DNA of 64,000 nt, taken from positions 94,614,001-94,678,000 of the forward strand of contig CM052816.1 in assembly GCA_028534125.1 (NCBI GenBank), in the 5' to 3' direction. This document shows, in pieces, positions 1-13,157 of this stretch; position 1 is the first letter of the stretch, and each line of letters opens with the position of its first letter. Source of the stretch: Lama glama. Taxonomy: Eukaryota. A program made the position numbers and the translations under genes. The notes beneath the pieces were generated by a model. That model was not told the origin of the DNA. It made no database searches and saw only the letters and a program-made list of their open reading frames with translations.

Positions 1-167
1 ATAAGTTCATTTCTTTCATTTTTTTAGATTCCATATATAAGTGATCTCATATGATACTTCTCTTTCTCTGTCTGACTTACTTTACCTAATATGAGAATTA
101 ATCTCTAGGTCCATCCGTGTTGCTGCAAATGACATTATTCCATTTTTTTATTGCTGATTAGTATTTC

Positions 168-236
<69 letters not shown>

Positions 237-503
237 ACACACACACGCACATATACCACACTTTCTTTATCCAGTCATTTGTCAATGGACATTTAGGTTG
301 CTTCCATGTCTTGGCTGCTAAATAGTGCTACGAACACTGGGGTGAATGTATCTTTTTGAGTTAGAGTTTTGTCCAGATAAATGCCCAGGAGTGGGATTGC
401 TGGATCCCATGGTCACTCTATTTTGAGTTTTTTAAGGAGCCTCCATACTGTTCTCCATAGTGGCTGCAGCAAACTACATTCCCACCAGCAGGGTAGGAGG
501 GTT
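1..503 (-). mobile_element. Young LINE-1 3' region (ORF2 end/3'UTR), 5'-truncated, runs off the window start
   Basis: Reverse-complement L1 motifs (ttagattccatatataagtgat; tctaggtccatccgtgttgctgcaaatg; cccaggagtgggattgctggatc; cattcccaccagcag). ORF 381..572 MPRSGIAGS is the usual antisense L1 reading. Confidence 0.95.
172..251. repeat. Compound (TA)n(CA)n microsatellite inside L1
   Basis: Directly visible dinucleotide runs. Confidence 0.98.
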
Positions 504-515
504 GAGGGCAGGAGT

Positions 516-636
516 GGGTTGAGGGCAGGGATTTTTGGTCCTTTTGTTCAGCGCTTCATTCACAGCATCTAGAAAGGTGTCAGGCACATAAAAGGCATTC
601 ACCATTTCTTTGTTTAAAGAATGAATAAATGAATGC
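516..636 (+). mobile_element. L2 3' end
   Basis: gagggcagggattttt...ggcacataaaaggcattca...gaatgaataaatgaatg (L2 terminal GAAT repeats). Confidence 0.75.
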
Positions 637-3364
637 ATTCAGGAAGATCTCTATTATCTGAATCTTGAGTATTGTTGAGAGTCAGCGCTCAGGATACTTT
701 ATCATTTCAATGGTGTGTAGGGAGTAACCTGGGAGTATTTGGCAAAGGGGCCTTGCTCTCCAGACTCCTAGCCATAAAAACATGATGTCCTGGGGTTACA
801 AACTCCAGACTGAGGAGCTGCCAGAAAGATGTGAAGTATAGGATGGTGCAGAGGAAGGGCCCCGGGAAACCACAAAACTCTGATTCCTACAATATTGAGG
901 TCAGTGCCAGAGAGGCCAGCGTAAAATCAAGTTCATGTATGAGGCGGGGCTTCAGTGGTGGGAACGAGTTAGGCTTTTGAACTGTGATTTTTGAACTGGT
1001 ACAAAGAGGTGATCCTCGGACCCAGGGAAGCAATAGCGGGGGGTCAGGCACTCCCTCCAGCCCCCAGGCTGTTTGCTGTTCTTTGGCCCTCAGTCAAAAG
1101 ACCGTGCAAAGGAATTCAGAAGGAAACGGCATGACTTAAAACTTCCCAAACAGTGAGGCTTGTGCAGGCTGCCGGTGTCGGAGATTCTGGGAGATTCCAG
1201 GGAGATTCCCAGGAGGGTTTGACCTCCCTCGGCCTGCCGGTGGCTTTCCAACCTGCTTGGCGGTGACTGCAAAAAGTTGCACATTTTATGGCCCAAACGT
1301 GTCCACACAAATATGACTTTTAAAAATAAAAAATAACAAAAGCTTGCTATGGATGATGCACCCAGATAATTCCTCTTTTGGTCCCTTTCATTTTATTATT
1401 ACTTTTTTTCTTTATGCTGGCTGATGGAGCAGGGTGAGGGTAAGGCAGGGGAGGAACTCCCCAAAGGCAGGGAACTCAAGGGGGAACCAAAAACCAAGTG
1501 AATAAAGACAAACAGCATTTCAAGGCAGTATTTTTTAAAACCCAGAATAAGGCAGGCAATCCATCAAAATGTCATGGAGATTTTAAATACAGGCGGGCAG
1601 TTTTGTTTTATGACCCTACACTGGTGGGCGTCCTTACATTATTTTATTCTTTACGTTGGACCATATTTAGTGTAATAGAATGTCATCCAGTGTTTTTTTT
1701 AATGTTATTGTTAAACTTGTTTTGACAACGAGATTTCAAGCAAGGGCATCAGAGAGGATACAGTTTCCATCTAATGTCTCCTAACCTTGATCTAATCCTA
1801 CCTGCGTTTCTTGATGTTCAGGTTTGAGCTTAGTAGATCCACTGTGTTAATAAACAGTTCCAAGTTCTTAACTGCAGTGGAGATGACTGTCATTGTTTTC
1901 AGGGAGCCAGAGGACTCAAGGACCAGTGCAGATTTCTTAGGACTGTGGAATAAAATGCATAATTATATAGGCCAATGAGAAGTTCAGCCTGTCAAGGGGA
2001 ACAGTGATGTACCTCTGGGAAATAGTCAAGCAGCAGCAATATGCCTGATTTAAGACAATCTTAGAAGAGAAGCTGTTTTCTCTGGTTCAGATAAATGAAC
2101 ACATGTGGCTGGTATGATGTGTTTTGACAAAGTACTCTAAAGATGCTGTGCTTAAAAGGCTGAAAAGTCACCACTCCAGCAATTTCCAGCTTCTAAGAGC
2201 CACACTGCCAGGTTTCCCAGGTTCACGCAGGATATGGAAGCAGTTTATGACAGTGCAAGGGATGTGGGCAATTGCAGAGCCGTGGGTAAAATGCAGGATT
2301 TTACATTCAATCAGCTATGTTATAAAGACTGCTTTGGTAAAATAGACGTAAGTTCAGAGGGCAGCCAAGCACAGCAAAGGCAGTGGGCTCACGAGACGAT
2401 GGATACAAATTGATAAAATGGTGGGGGAGGAATTTAAGAGAAAATGCGATCTTCTGTGTAATAGAAGAAAAACAAAACAAAAAAAAAAACCCATGTGCAC
2501 ACACATTCCTCTATCTCACCATCCATACATATGAGAGAGAAAGTCCAGTGTGAAATCTAATGTCAGTGGGTAATTAAGAATCATTATAATAGACTTGTTG
2601 ACAACAGGCAGGTTAATTTTTACCAAAGTCATGTTGGCTCTTTGAGTTAATTTGAGATAAAACTCTTTCACCCAAGGTCAGATGATTTAAGGTAACGCCT
2701 CACTATTTGACATCAGGCAAATTTATTTGCTTCATCAGAAATCCCTGAAACCCAGACAGCACAAGAATACAAAGAATTAATGGCCAGAGGTTCACCATTT
2801 ATGCTAGTGTTTTCTTAGCCTCTACCCAGCTCTTATAAGGAAAAGTGAAAATCATTACCCAATAATAAGAAATTCTTCATAGACCATTGTAACTACAGTA
2901 GAAGGAGAAACTTGGAGGCAGTGGTTTTGTGATAGTGACAAGATAGGAAATGTGTATCAACTCATAAACGTTTGTTGGTGGGTTAAGTCTTCCTCCCTAA
3001 TAGGTATGCATTTACTCTGTCTAAGATTGCCCTCATATAGTTGTTAAAAAAACAAAAATAACTTGCTTTTCAAGAAGCAGTTCCTTTAGAGGGGAGAGTT
3101 GGTTGCCAGAGTAATTGTGGTGTTAAGTCATGACCTGCTACTGCAACAGTGAGACATAAAAGATCTACCTGTAAAGCTGTGGGACTGGCTCCACGTAAGT
3201 CTTTCAACACACTTCTCATTCTTCTTGGCATTCAAATGAGTCTAGTCAAGGCAGAAAAAAACATGACTAAGGGCCAATTCTCTCCTTAGTCAAATATTCT
3301 TAAATGTGAATCTGCCAATTTTCTGTGTCAAAATGAGACCCTTACATGGAAAGGGGAATGTTTC

Positions 3365-3423
3365 CCAGTGTCCATGGAAGCAACCTAAATGTCCTTCAAC
3401 AGATGATTGGATAAAGAAGTTGT

Positions 3424-3466
<43 letters not shown>

Positions 3467-3945
3467 AGAGGAATACTACTTAGCCATAAAAAGAGTGAAA
3501 TAATGCCATGTGCAGGAACATGGATGGACCTAGAGGTGATCATACTGAGTACAGTCAGAGACAAATATCATATGATATCTCTTATATGTTGAATCTAAAA
3601 ACAATGATACAAGTGAATTTATTTATAAACCAGAAACAGACTCACAGACATAGAAAACAAACTTATGGTAACCAAAGGGGGAAGGGTAGAGGGATAAGTT
3701 ACAAACCTGGGATTTGCAAATACAAACTACTGTATCTAAAATAGATAAACAACAAGGTCTTACTGTATATCACAGGGAACTATATTCAATATCTTGTAAT
3801 AAAACATATTGAAAAAGAATATGGAAAGAGCATATATATATACATATATATATGTATATATATATAAAACTGAATCATTATGCTGTACACCAGAAACTAA
3901 CACAACATTGTAAATCAACTATACTTCAGTTTTAAAAAGTTGGGA
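3365..3945 (+). mobile_element. Young 5'-truncated LINE-1 3' end with probable TSD
   Basis: tggaagcaacctaaatgtcc ... acattgtaaatcaactatacttca plus A-rich tail. ggaatgtttc is repeated at 3355-3364 and 3946-3955. Confidence 0.93.
3426..3464. repeat. (CA)n microsatellite inside L1
   Basis: Directly visible. Confidence 0.98.
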
Positions 3946-4369
3946 GGAATGTTTCATTTCAGGTCATTCAAAGTTATCTAAGACCCATTCCATTCTGTAC
4001 ACTGTTATAATTTAGATGGAAGGAAGACAAAACACAGAAATATCTCTAGTAACACAACTGTCACTTCAGTGTTACACAACTCTTTACTATTTTTAATGAT
4101 AAAGAGTACTAAAACCTTACATTTATATAACAGTTTGCAGTTTTTAAGTGTTTGGGGCAATCCTCTAATTTAATTCTAACAGTATTCATGTAAATTTAGT
4201 GTATTATCTCAAGTGTTACCCAGAACTAATGCCCCCTGGACATGTCCCCATACTGGACGGGGAATGGATGTTACTATTTACAGAAAAAGAAGCTTGTGCG
4301 AAGCTGTTACAGGGAAGACCATTGGATGTGTGGGTGTGTGGAGTTTTAAATATGTGAAGGTGGTGCAGA

Positions 4370-4580
4370 ATCAGCTGGGGTTATGTTCAGTTTTGCCCTC
4401 ATATGGCAATAGGATCACTGGAAAATTTCCTTATCCATCTGGTCCCCACATTGCCTCACCTGAAAAGCATGAGTAATAATACTTATTCTCATTATTACTG
4501 AGAAGTTTGAGTGAAGCTGTGCATGTAACTCACGTAGCACTTTGGCACCTAGAAAATCATCCAAGTAATAACTTTTATTG
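4370..4580 (+). mobile_element. MIR SINE relic
   Basis: Degenerate MIR core (cctcacctgaaaagcatgagtaataatac...gcactttggcacctag). Confidence 0.6.
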
Positions 4581-6029
4581 GCAATTATAGCTGAGCACAG
4601 AATAGTCCGGTGGGAATTTAAAGACATCCTGAAATTCTGAAAAGTCATTAATAATGTAAAACTATTGATAGAGTTACAAGTCCTTAAGTGGATAATCCAA
4701 GTTAATTAGTTTCCCAAATTCTCTGGTTTGAGTCCATCTAGGTTTAGCAACAGGAAGTTATCTTTCCTTTGTGTGGATATAGGACATAAGATGCTCGAAG
4801 CAACCTTGCATTTAAATATGGAAAGTAGGTTTCATTGTTTCAGCCTCTGCCTTCCTGGATCAGTTGACTCTCTGCATGTATTACAATACTCAGGTTCTCA
4901 GTTTACTGTGCTAGCACTGGGGAATCTTAACACACCAAGTTTGGACATTCCTTGTGTCCTGATTAGAATTCACTGTATATGTGACTGTCTTCCCTAAATT
5001 CCTTGAGAGCAAGAGCTAACCAAGTGTTCTGCGCACTCAAATTGGGCGTGATAATACATGCTCTTGGACCCAAACTGATTCAAAATAGTGTACTGGGAAT
5101 TTTTATGCCATTAGTTGTTCACTTTTAGGTTCTAGGGTAGAGAGAAGGCAGTAAGAATTAGCCATCCACTGCTGCTTGAGTATCTGGAATCCTAAATTTA
5201 ATTTCTGGCAACATGGCTTCTTGAGTAAACTTTGGTAAGTCATTTAACCCTGGGTCTTACTGGACAAAAAAAAAACCGAAAAACAAAAAACTGTCATCGA
5301 GTCTACATTCTCTCACTTTCTGCCAATATCCAGGATGGCTCACACAGCCTGTATTTGTGAAATAAACTTCGTGGGTCAAATTGTCTTGTTCGCAGTGTGA
5401 AGAGAGAATGGTGGTAATATGTGAGACTTGCTTAATTTATAACCTCTACCTTAGACTTTCCATAGACGTCTGATGCTGGTTAAAAAAATTATCCCTGCGG
5501 ACGCAGCCCAGCTTTGATGCTCACATCACAGCTTTGCTGGGCAAATGCAAACAGGGGACAAGGAGATGCCCCAGAAGCGTGGGGCTAGCACACAGAGCCA
5601 GTGGGGGGCACGTACAAGGGCTGCGGACACTTTGAGGGGACCATGGAAGGTACTTTGTAATATAATGAGAGCAAGAGCTGGGAAACAACCGTAGGTAACT
5701 TGCTCAACGAATGGGACTCTTCTAAGGGGCTCAGTTTGAACACATACGACATCAGGACTGAGAATTTACGTTATCCTGGTCTTCAGAGATACTTTCATGA
5801 TAAAAAAAAAAATTCCCATCCAGATTCGCAGTGGTACTTTTCAAGCCAAGCCATGATCTTTGAGTAGGCACATGCAGGGCCTCTGCTGTCTTGGTGCCGT
5901 CTTTCTGACTTTCCCTCCAAGAAGCTCTCATCTCCACCTGTCTTTTGAAAGCTACCGCGCGTCCAAGGCCAAGATCAAAAACTACTTTCTCTAAGGTAGA
6001 TTGTTGATTCTCACTTCTTGATTAACTTC

Positions 6030-6289
6030 TGTCTTGGTCTGTTAAGGCTGCTCTCGTAAAAGTGCCACAGCCTGGGGGGCTTAAAAACAACATAAACTTA
6101 CTGCTCACAGTTCTAGGAGCTGAAATCCGAGATCAAGGTACCAGCATGGTCTGAGTCTGCTGAGAATGCTCTTTCGGGTTGCAGACTGCCAACACGTGGC
6201 AGAGAGCAGAGAGAGAAAGCCAATGGTCTTGTGACTCTTATGAGGGCAGTAATCCCATTCATGGGGGCGCCACCCTCATGACTTCATCA
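6030..6289 (-). mobile_element. MLT1A-like MaLR LTR, partial
   Basis: tgtcttggtctgttaaggctgct...ctcacagttctaggagctg...gagatcaagg...aatcccattcatgggggcgccaccctcatgac; reverse complement of the LTR at 19953. Confidence 0.88.
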
Positions 6290-8039
6290 TGCTCCTCTGG
6301 GCATGCCGACCGCCTGATGCCACTGGGAAGGGAGGGAAAGGGGAACAAATCTTGTTCTCCCTTCCTTCTGGGCTCTCCTAGTATCATTTCTGAAACTTGA
6401 TTTTCACTGTTATAAACCCCTTTTTTTTTTGTATTGCAATGTTTAAGTGTTCCCTCTGGATAGACTGGAAGATCTTTGATAAGTCTTGCTTATTTTGAGG
6501 GGACGGGAGGAGAACTCACTATCTTACCCAATGCATAGAGTAGGGGCTAATAGTGAATTTAATTATTACATATATGAATGATAATTATCTAAATAATTAA
6601 TCAAACTCTTAACCATACAAATCATGTTGGGTTTTTTTTTTACCCCAATTTCACATGGCCAGAATGCAAAAATCTGCAGTTACAAAGATTCAATTTTTCT
6701 GTAGACAAATTGTAATGGAAACCAAATGGTCATATACAGATAGCTCCCTCATTTGTTTGCTCTCGGCTCCAAACAGTGCGGATGCTTTTCTTAAGGCTCT
6801 TGTGTTTTCTGCTTCCCAAAGAAGAAAGGGACCTTTAATTCTAGCCAGACTTGGTCACATGCTCTTGCAGACTTAACATTATAAGACGGATGAGGGATAC
6901 AGCCAAACTTGTGACTCCACTGCATCCTGAGGGTCAGGCCCAGCACCCTTGTTGGAACAGCTGTGGATCTTACAGAGACTCTCCTTAGATACCCTGACCC
7001 CAGCCCTTGTCCTGCTATTCATGACTGTCCTAGCTGAGTCCTGAGTTCCTGACTCAACAGGTGGTGTTCTGGCAGCATTTTGACTGTGCATATACCTGCT
7101 GTGTCCTTTCTGTTGTGCATCAGGAGAGGTTTTTAACTGTCCCCTGATACGAACATCTTCCCTGGGAGAGATGACGGAGCCATTCCCGCTCCTGCTGCTG
7201 AGTGTACCAGTGAATTCTCCCCAGTGACAGTGAGAATAAACCTGCTTGGGCTCCCTCCCTTGCTCTGGAAAGCCACGGTCAGTGCTGCCCCATCCACAAC
7301 CCAGTATTCCCATCTCAAATGAGTGGATGCCCGTGGGGTGCCAGGTGTTGATTATATCTTTATTGCTTGGTCTAGAGAAAGCTTATTACTTACAATAAAC
7401 TATGTGAACAGTCAATGCCAGGAGTGGGCTAGAAGATGCTACGAGTCACAGTTGCTTCTTATTGATTTTGCATTTTCTCTCCTCCCTGTCTCCTGCTATT
7501 GGCGTGTGTCTGTTGTGTGCCATAAAATCTTTGAGAATGTGATTGTCACCTATTCTCCTCAATTCCTGTACTCCGAGGTTCTGGCTATAAAATGAATTCC
7601 GTTACTTTAGCTCTTGAGATCTGGCAATCTATTTTGTATTTTCTGCTGAAGGTTTTTGACCCGACACTGAATTTCGTTAACAGGTGACACTGCTAAAATT
7701 TAATCAGTAAAGGGTGCTCATCTTAGTCTGGGAAACATTTCTGTTTTAGCCATTTTGCTCTCCGTACTGAATTTGATGTCAGATAATTGCTGGTCAATCT
7801 AACACTTTCACACTGTACATCTTTACAAATTAGAAAATATACTGTAATATAAAAATCAATAGCAGTTCTTTCTGTAAAAGCCTGTTTGAAAATTTAACAG
7901 TACAAGATCTCAAATTCAGCAGCTGCAAAACCGTAGCATTCTTGAAAGTTATTTTAACCAAAACTACTTGAAATCTAAATGTAGAAACTTATAGAAGTGA
8001 TAAAAGTGTAATCTATTGACTTTATGTAAATACTGCACA

Positions 8040-8350
8040 TTTAAAAGGTGTTCTTCCCCAGTACACTTATAGATTGACTACAATCCCAGTTAAAAAATAA
8101 TTTGTTAGGGATGAGGCATAATATAGGAAATAAAAATTAATATAAAGTTTACCTGGAAAAAAGCAATGAATGAAGCTAAAAAACTTAGGAAAAGCACAAG
8201 AAGAGGCAAAATTTATTTTTAATTATGAAAAAAAAGGCTAGAATAATTAGAGCTCTGTGATACTGGTACCAAGCATTTTATACAAAGCTATGGGAAATCG
8301 TGAGAGAATTGGGCTGGAAGATATTACTGGTTATCCCACCAGCTATACAG
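8040..8350 (+). mobile_element. Ancient L1M ORF2 fragment
   Basis: A-rich, degenerate L1 ORF2 motifs (tatagattgactacaatcccagttaaaa; tgtgatactggtaccaag). Confidence 0.5.
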
Positions 8351-9329
8351 TGAGGATCCACACATTAGGTAAGAGTTCTGTTAAGTTCAATGGTTTCCAA
8401 CAATTGTCAAGATTAAATGGCAATCTACCCTAAAAAAGCCCAGGATGAGTAAGTGCTCATGGAAGGGGAGAGCCTCACACAGTGATACCTTTTGTTCTTT
8501 GGTACTTAATTTTAAAGACAAAAAATTAAATAGGATTTTGGGATAGCTTTGGGTGTTAAAATATTTTGCTCCTGAAAACGAAGACTGAATCATTCCACGT
8601 ATGGTCGCAGGAAGGACCAATGGTTTCACCAGCCTGTACTGTGGACAAAATGGAACCAAACATAGATTTATTCACCTTAATGATTTTAATATTTAAATAG
8701 TACCAGATTTGAATGCCTTGTGGCTTTACTGTGGGAACTAATGTTATATTAAATCTAATTCCTATTTCTTCCTGACAGTTAGGTTTATTCTCTTTGTCAT
8801 TGGTAACTCCTACTTGGAAATGAAGTCTTTATCATGACAGGAAGTTCCCCTATCAGTTTTTCTCAGCATGATTTTGGCACAATATTTAATGGACTCGTTT
8901 TTGGTCCTTATAGAATCAACTGTCTGGGCTTTTAAAAGTCATGGTCAATATGTGTCTGTCAGACTGAGAGGGACACAGTAATTAGTAGTCTGCTCCTGAT
9001 TTCTTTAGCACTTACTGTCAGTAAATACCTTTATCAAAAGCAATGTCCTCTTCCTGGAATTTATTTACAGATGTTGACAATATCGCTAACTGTGCTTTAA
9101 GACAGCAGGAAACAATAAACCCTGAGTATAATCAGTCCTTGTTTCTCTTTGTTAAAAGAAAAAAAATGGAAAAAACTTTATTTCAGTAGAGAAACATTCA
9201 AATGTGTTTAATTTTATTTCTTATACTACAAAATATGTATTAAAATGGTATAAAAAGAAAACAAAACTAAATTAACAGCTAGAAAATGCATTAAAATTAG
9301 AGAGTTTGTAGCAAATAGTTAAAACTAAA

Positions 9330-9545
9330 GGATTTGGAGACTGGGAACTCTGGGTTGAAGCCCAGATCTGCCCATACTAGTGGTGTAATTTGAGGAAGCT
9401 TTTTGGCTCAGCCAAACCTCTCTTATTGGGGTTACAAGTATCTACCATCAGAACAGGATGAGCATTAAATAAGCTAAAGAATCCAAGTGCTTAGCCCAGG
9501 ACTCTGCAAAAGGTGTCAGCCCTTAGTACCTGGGAGCCATTATAA
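9330..9545 (+). mobile_element. MIR SINE relic
   Basis: ctgggttgaagcccagatctgcccatactag ... aagtgcttagcccagg. Confidence 0.65.
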
Positions 9546-9789
9546 TTTTTATGCCTTTGTTCAGATAAAGACAATGAATTTTCAGTTTCCCATCGGAGTG
9601 TTCCTTCTGTGTTAACTGTCGTAAAGCCACGGGGGCAAGCTGAGGTTCTGAGAGGGTCTGCTCTAGCCCAGAGTTCAGGAGCTGGGAAAACAGTAATTAC
9701 TGGTCATTGAAGTTGACACCTCAGAGACGTAACCTTGTCTCTGGCCCAAATAAGGGAACAGAGTGTAAAATTAAGAGCACTCTTTTTTG

Positions 9790-10060
9790 TCTTTAGGCAT
9801 CCTGCGTCCAAACCTCTTCTCCACCAGTTACTTATTAGCTGTGCACGTTTGGACACACTTCAAATTTCTGTCCATAAAATGATGGCAATCTTTGCTACTT
9901 CCTAGGGCTATGCAGTAGGGCATGCGAGAAATGTTCATTCGTCCCATTGTTTATTTGCCCCATAAGAAGAGGAAACCATGGCTCTAATAGCCTGTGTGAC
10001 TGGCCGGTGGTCCTGCAGCTAGAATGGGACAAAGAAGTAGCCCAGGTGTCTGAGATAAGA
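9790..10060. mobile_element. MIR fragments in both orientations
   Basis: tctgtccataaaatg (+); cccattgtttatttgccccataagaagaggaaaccatggctc (-). Confidence 0.5.
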
Positions 10061-10289
10061 GTCCTTACCCTTTTCTCTCTGTTTTGGGCTCTTTTGGGGT
10101 TCAGAGTTAACAAGGGAGGTAGGGGATTTGAACATTCAGTGAATTAAACAACTAAATGAAATGGCTGTTTAAGAAGAATCCACAGGTTGGATTTTGAAAG
10201 ACAAATAAAGTATAGATATAAGGATAAGAGAAAAACATAAGCTCATTTAACTATAACTTATATAATCATATCTTTTATTAGGGGCATTG

Positions 10290-11500
10290 AGAATGATGAA
10301 TATTTATGGGTTAACAGAAAAATGGATAAACAGCAAACAAACTGGAATCCAATAGCAGATCTGGGTACTTAAGGGAATTTTGTATTTGGTGATCTTGGCA
10401 TCGTAAGTCACAGGCTAAAAGGTGACGTTTAGTGCACGATGTTGAAAACTGGCTCCCTATTTGGAGAAAAATTAGTTTTATCTCAGTATCAAATTCTGTC
10501 AATTCATAATCTAGAATAGTATATTGAATAACATGAGGAAGATAAATCTTTCTTAAACGAGATCCACAAAGACCAAACTGTAAGTTGAGAATTGGATGTA
10601 TTTGACTACAACAAAATAAAAGATCGCTACTCCGAGTAAGGACACCATGAACAAAGGCGAGATCTGGCACAGGGTAATTGCAGCATGTAAAACTGATGCA
10701 AGACTCACATCCAGAGTATGCAAGGGAGTTTTGTACATCCACTAGGAGGGCAGAAAAAACAAAATGCAAAATAAAAATGGACAAAGGAGGTGAGTAGGCA
10801 ATTCGTAGGGGGAAAACAGATGCTAAGACTTGTAAAAGTAAGGTACACCTTACTAGCATTTTATGTGTCAACTTGACTGGCCCTGGGTTGAGAGAACCCT
10901 GATCAATACACTAATAGTCAAAAATACTAATGAGAGCAGTAAGGATATGCTGCTTTATACCCGTCTACACGGGGGATACTTGAAAGTCAAATAATATTAA
11001 ATCCTGGCAAGGATGTGGGCAAAGAGGCACTCACGTGCCTTTTAAACAGGTGCAGACCCTTTGGAGCCAGAGTGCAGATAGCGCCAGGACCCAGCGTTTC
11101 ACCCCCGGGGTGTCGACAAGGGAGGCCTTCTCCCACAGGACCGTGAAGAGGCTCATCCCAGGAATTAAGTCAAGCATTTGGTGTGGACACGGGAGCTGAA
11201 AGTATTCTGGTCTCCATCATTTGAGTCACGGATAAAGGAAAATGTGGTTGATGTACCCAGAGAACCATTAGGAAGTGGCTGGAAGTAATGAACTGGATGG
11301 TTCCCCAAAACATAATGTTATTTGAAGAAAGTTTCTTTAAAGGTGTATTATAACATGTCTGTGTTTTTAAGATTATACACGCAGAAATTCCACCTTTTAT
11401 CTAATAGAGAAGATAAATAAGATGGGTATATATTTAATATGTTAGAGAGGATAGATTGAGGCAAGTGTGGCAGGGATGGGTGTGGGGGTAGAAGATGAAA
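10290..11500 (+). mobile_element. Ancient L1M (L1ME-like) ORF2 3' end/3'UTR, degraded
   Basis: aaaactggctccctatttggagaaaaa; ggacaccatgaacaaagg; aaaaatggacaaaggag; ggcaaggatgtgg. ORF 10311..10871(-) is an antisense chance reading. Confidence 0.75.
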
Positions 11501-11569
11501 GGGAAAAAATAATAAAGCGAAATTGAACAAAAGAAGGACCTTGCACAAGGCCATGTGTGTGCCATGAAC

Positions 11570-12189
11570 TAATGTGTGACCAAGATGCAGGTGACGAATG
11601 GACACACCAGGAGTCCTGAAAAGAAGAACCCGAACAAACACTACCTTAGCCGAGTGGTGAAGATCAACGCCGCAGTCCTAAGTCAGGCTCATGGTGTGGA
11701 CCCTTGTTCTGATGTGATGAAATGGTCCCTTCCCTTCTGGGGTCTTTCTCCCCCAAACCTACAATCTTAGTCTTATCATGAGAAAACAGTAAGATAAATC
11801 CTGATAATGGACATTCTACAAAGCACCAGGCCAGCGCTCATCAAAACTGCCAAGGTCATCCAAAAAAAGAAAAGTCTGAGAAACTGTCCCAGCCAAGAGG
11901 AGCCCAGGCGACACGACAGCTAAGTGCAGTGTGGATCCTGGTGGATGTGTTCCTGGGACAGAAAAAAGACATTAGAGGAAAACCAAGGAAACTTGGATAA
12001 ACTTTGGACTTTAGTTACTGCTAATGTATCAATATTGGTTTAATGATTGTGAGAAATGGGCTATGCTAATATTAGATGTTAATAATAAGGGAAAAAACTG
12101 GATGCGGGGTATGTGGGGACTCTCTGTACTATTTTCTCAATTTTTCTGTAAAGCAAAAACTATTCTCAAAAGTCTAGTGTAATAAATAA
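11570..12189 (+). mobile_element. L1MC/L1MD-type 3'UTR
   Basis: aaagtctgagaaactgtcccagccaagaggagcc...cctgggacagaaaaaagacattag...ctctgtactattttctcaatttttctgtaaa, ending in aataaa. Confidence 0.85.
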
Positions 12190-12199
12190 GCAGGGGCAA

Positions 12200-12560
12200 G
12201 CACAGAGTTGGGTAACACAAAATTATTATATGCTGCACTAAGCAATTTGGAGGATACTTGGATGGTCTTTGGGAGCCTCTGAAGGATGGAGTTGAAAAAT
12301 ATAAATCTTAGGAGCCCTGTGAAGGCTCATGTGCAGAAGGAGCAGGGAGGGGATTTAAGAAGCCAGAGGAGACACGGCTGAGTGCCTGGGCCGGGGAGTA
12401 GCGATGAGAGTGAAAAGGAGGCAGAAAGAAAGACTCTAAAGCAGGGGAATGAATAGTGCTTAATCCCTGGTTAAATGGGGTGAGGTAGTGAAAGCAGGGG
12501 ATGGTCCACTGCAGGGGTTTTCAAGTTGAAAATGGAATGTTGGGAAAGTTTACAAAAGAA
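12200..12560 (-). mobile_element. L2 fragment
   Basis: Purine-rich antisense L2 pattern (gggagcctctgaagga; gaagccagaggagac). Confidence 0.45.
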
Positions 12561-13157
12561 AGGAAAACAGTTTAATTAAGTATATAAGACACTAAGGGAA
12601 AAAAAAGAATCTGATGAGAAAGTCACGAGTAGAAAGATACAGAGGCAGAGCATTTTCCAAGCAGCTGGCCCTGAACGTGCGGCTGTGGGTTTTCTGGTCT
12701 TAACCACACAGTCCTTAGGAGGCTGTCTTGTGTCAGCCGCACGATCGTTTCTGTTTGTAGCGGGCAGTGTCAGTGGACGGGCTGACTTCTCTGAAGACAC
12801 ATCCAGGTTTCAGTGCCCTGTTGTTCCAATACATGCGGCAGCCCCATCCCTGTCTGTGCTGATAGTGAGCGAAGGGGGTCCTGGTTCCGTGGGCTTACTT
12901 CAGTCCATTTGTCCGACTTCCAGTGACGTGGCTGACCCAGCTGATGCTGGCTGGCCTTCTTCCTGGGTTCCGGAAACTCTTAGAAATCATCAGTACATAT
13001 GACCAGAAGATACAACACACAGCTTGTCTCCGACGAAAGAAAGGGACATCAGGTACCAGAAAAGGAGAACTTGAAGCGGATGCAGCTTAAACTCAACACC
13101 TAGAGTTTAAGATCCAGATATAACCCAAGAGGAAAGGGGACAGATGCCAAAGGCCCA

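Noticed and set aside
6880..7310. 144-aa minus ORF or possible old ERVL LTR
   Set aside because: The ORF is not protein-like, and the LTR resemblance (aataaa near 7236) is too weak to assign a family by eye.
10311..10871. 186-aa minus ORF
   Set aside because: It is an antisense reading of a degraded A-rich L1, which is stop-poor on that strand and shows no protein-like motif.
10855..10890. MLT2-like start (ttttatgtgtcaacttgactgg)
   Set aside because: Only about 25 nt of similarity, too short to call as a feature.
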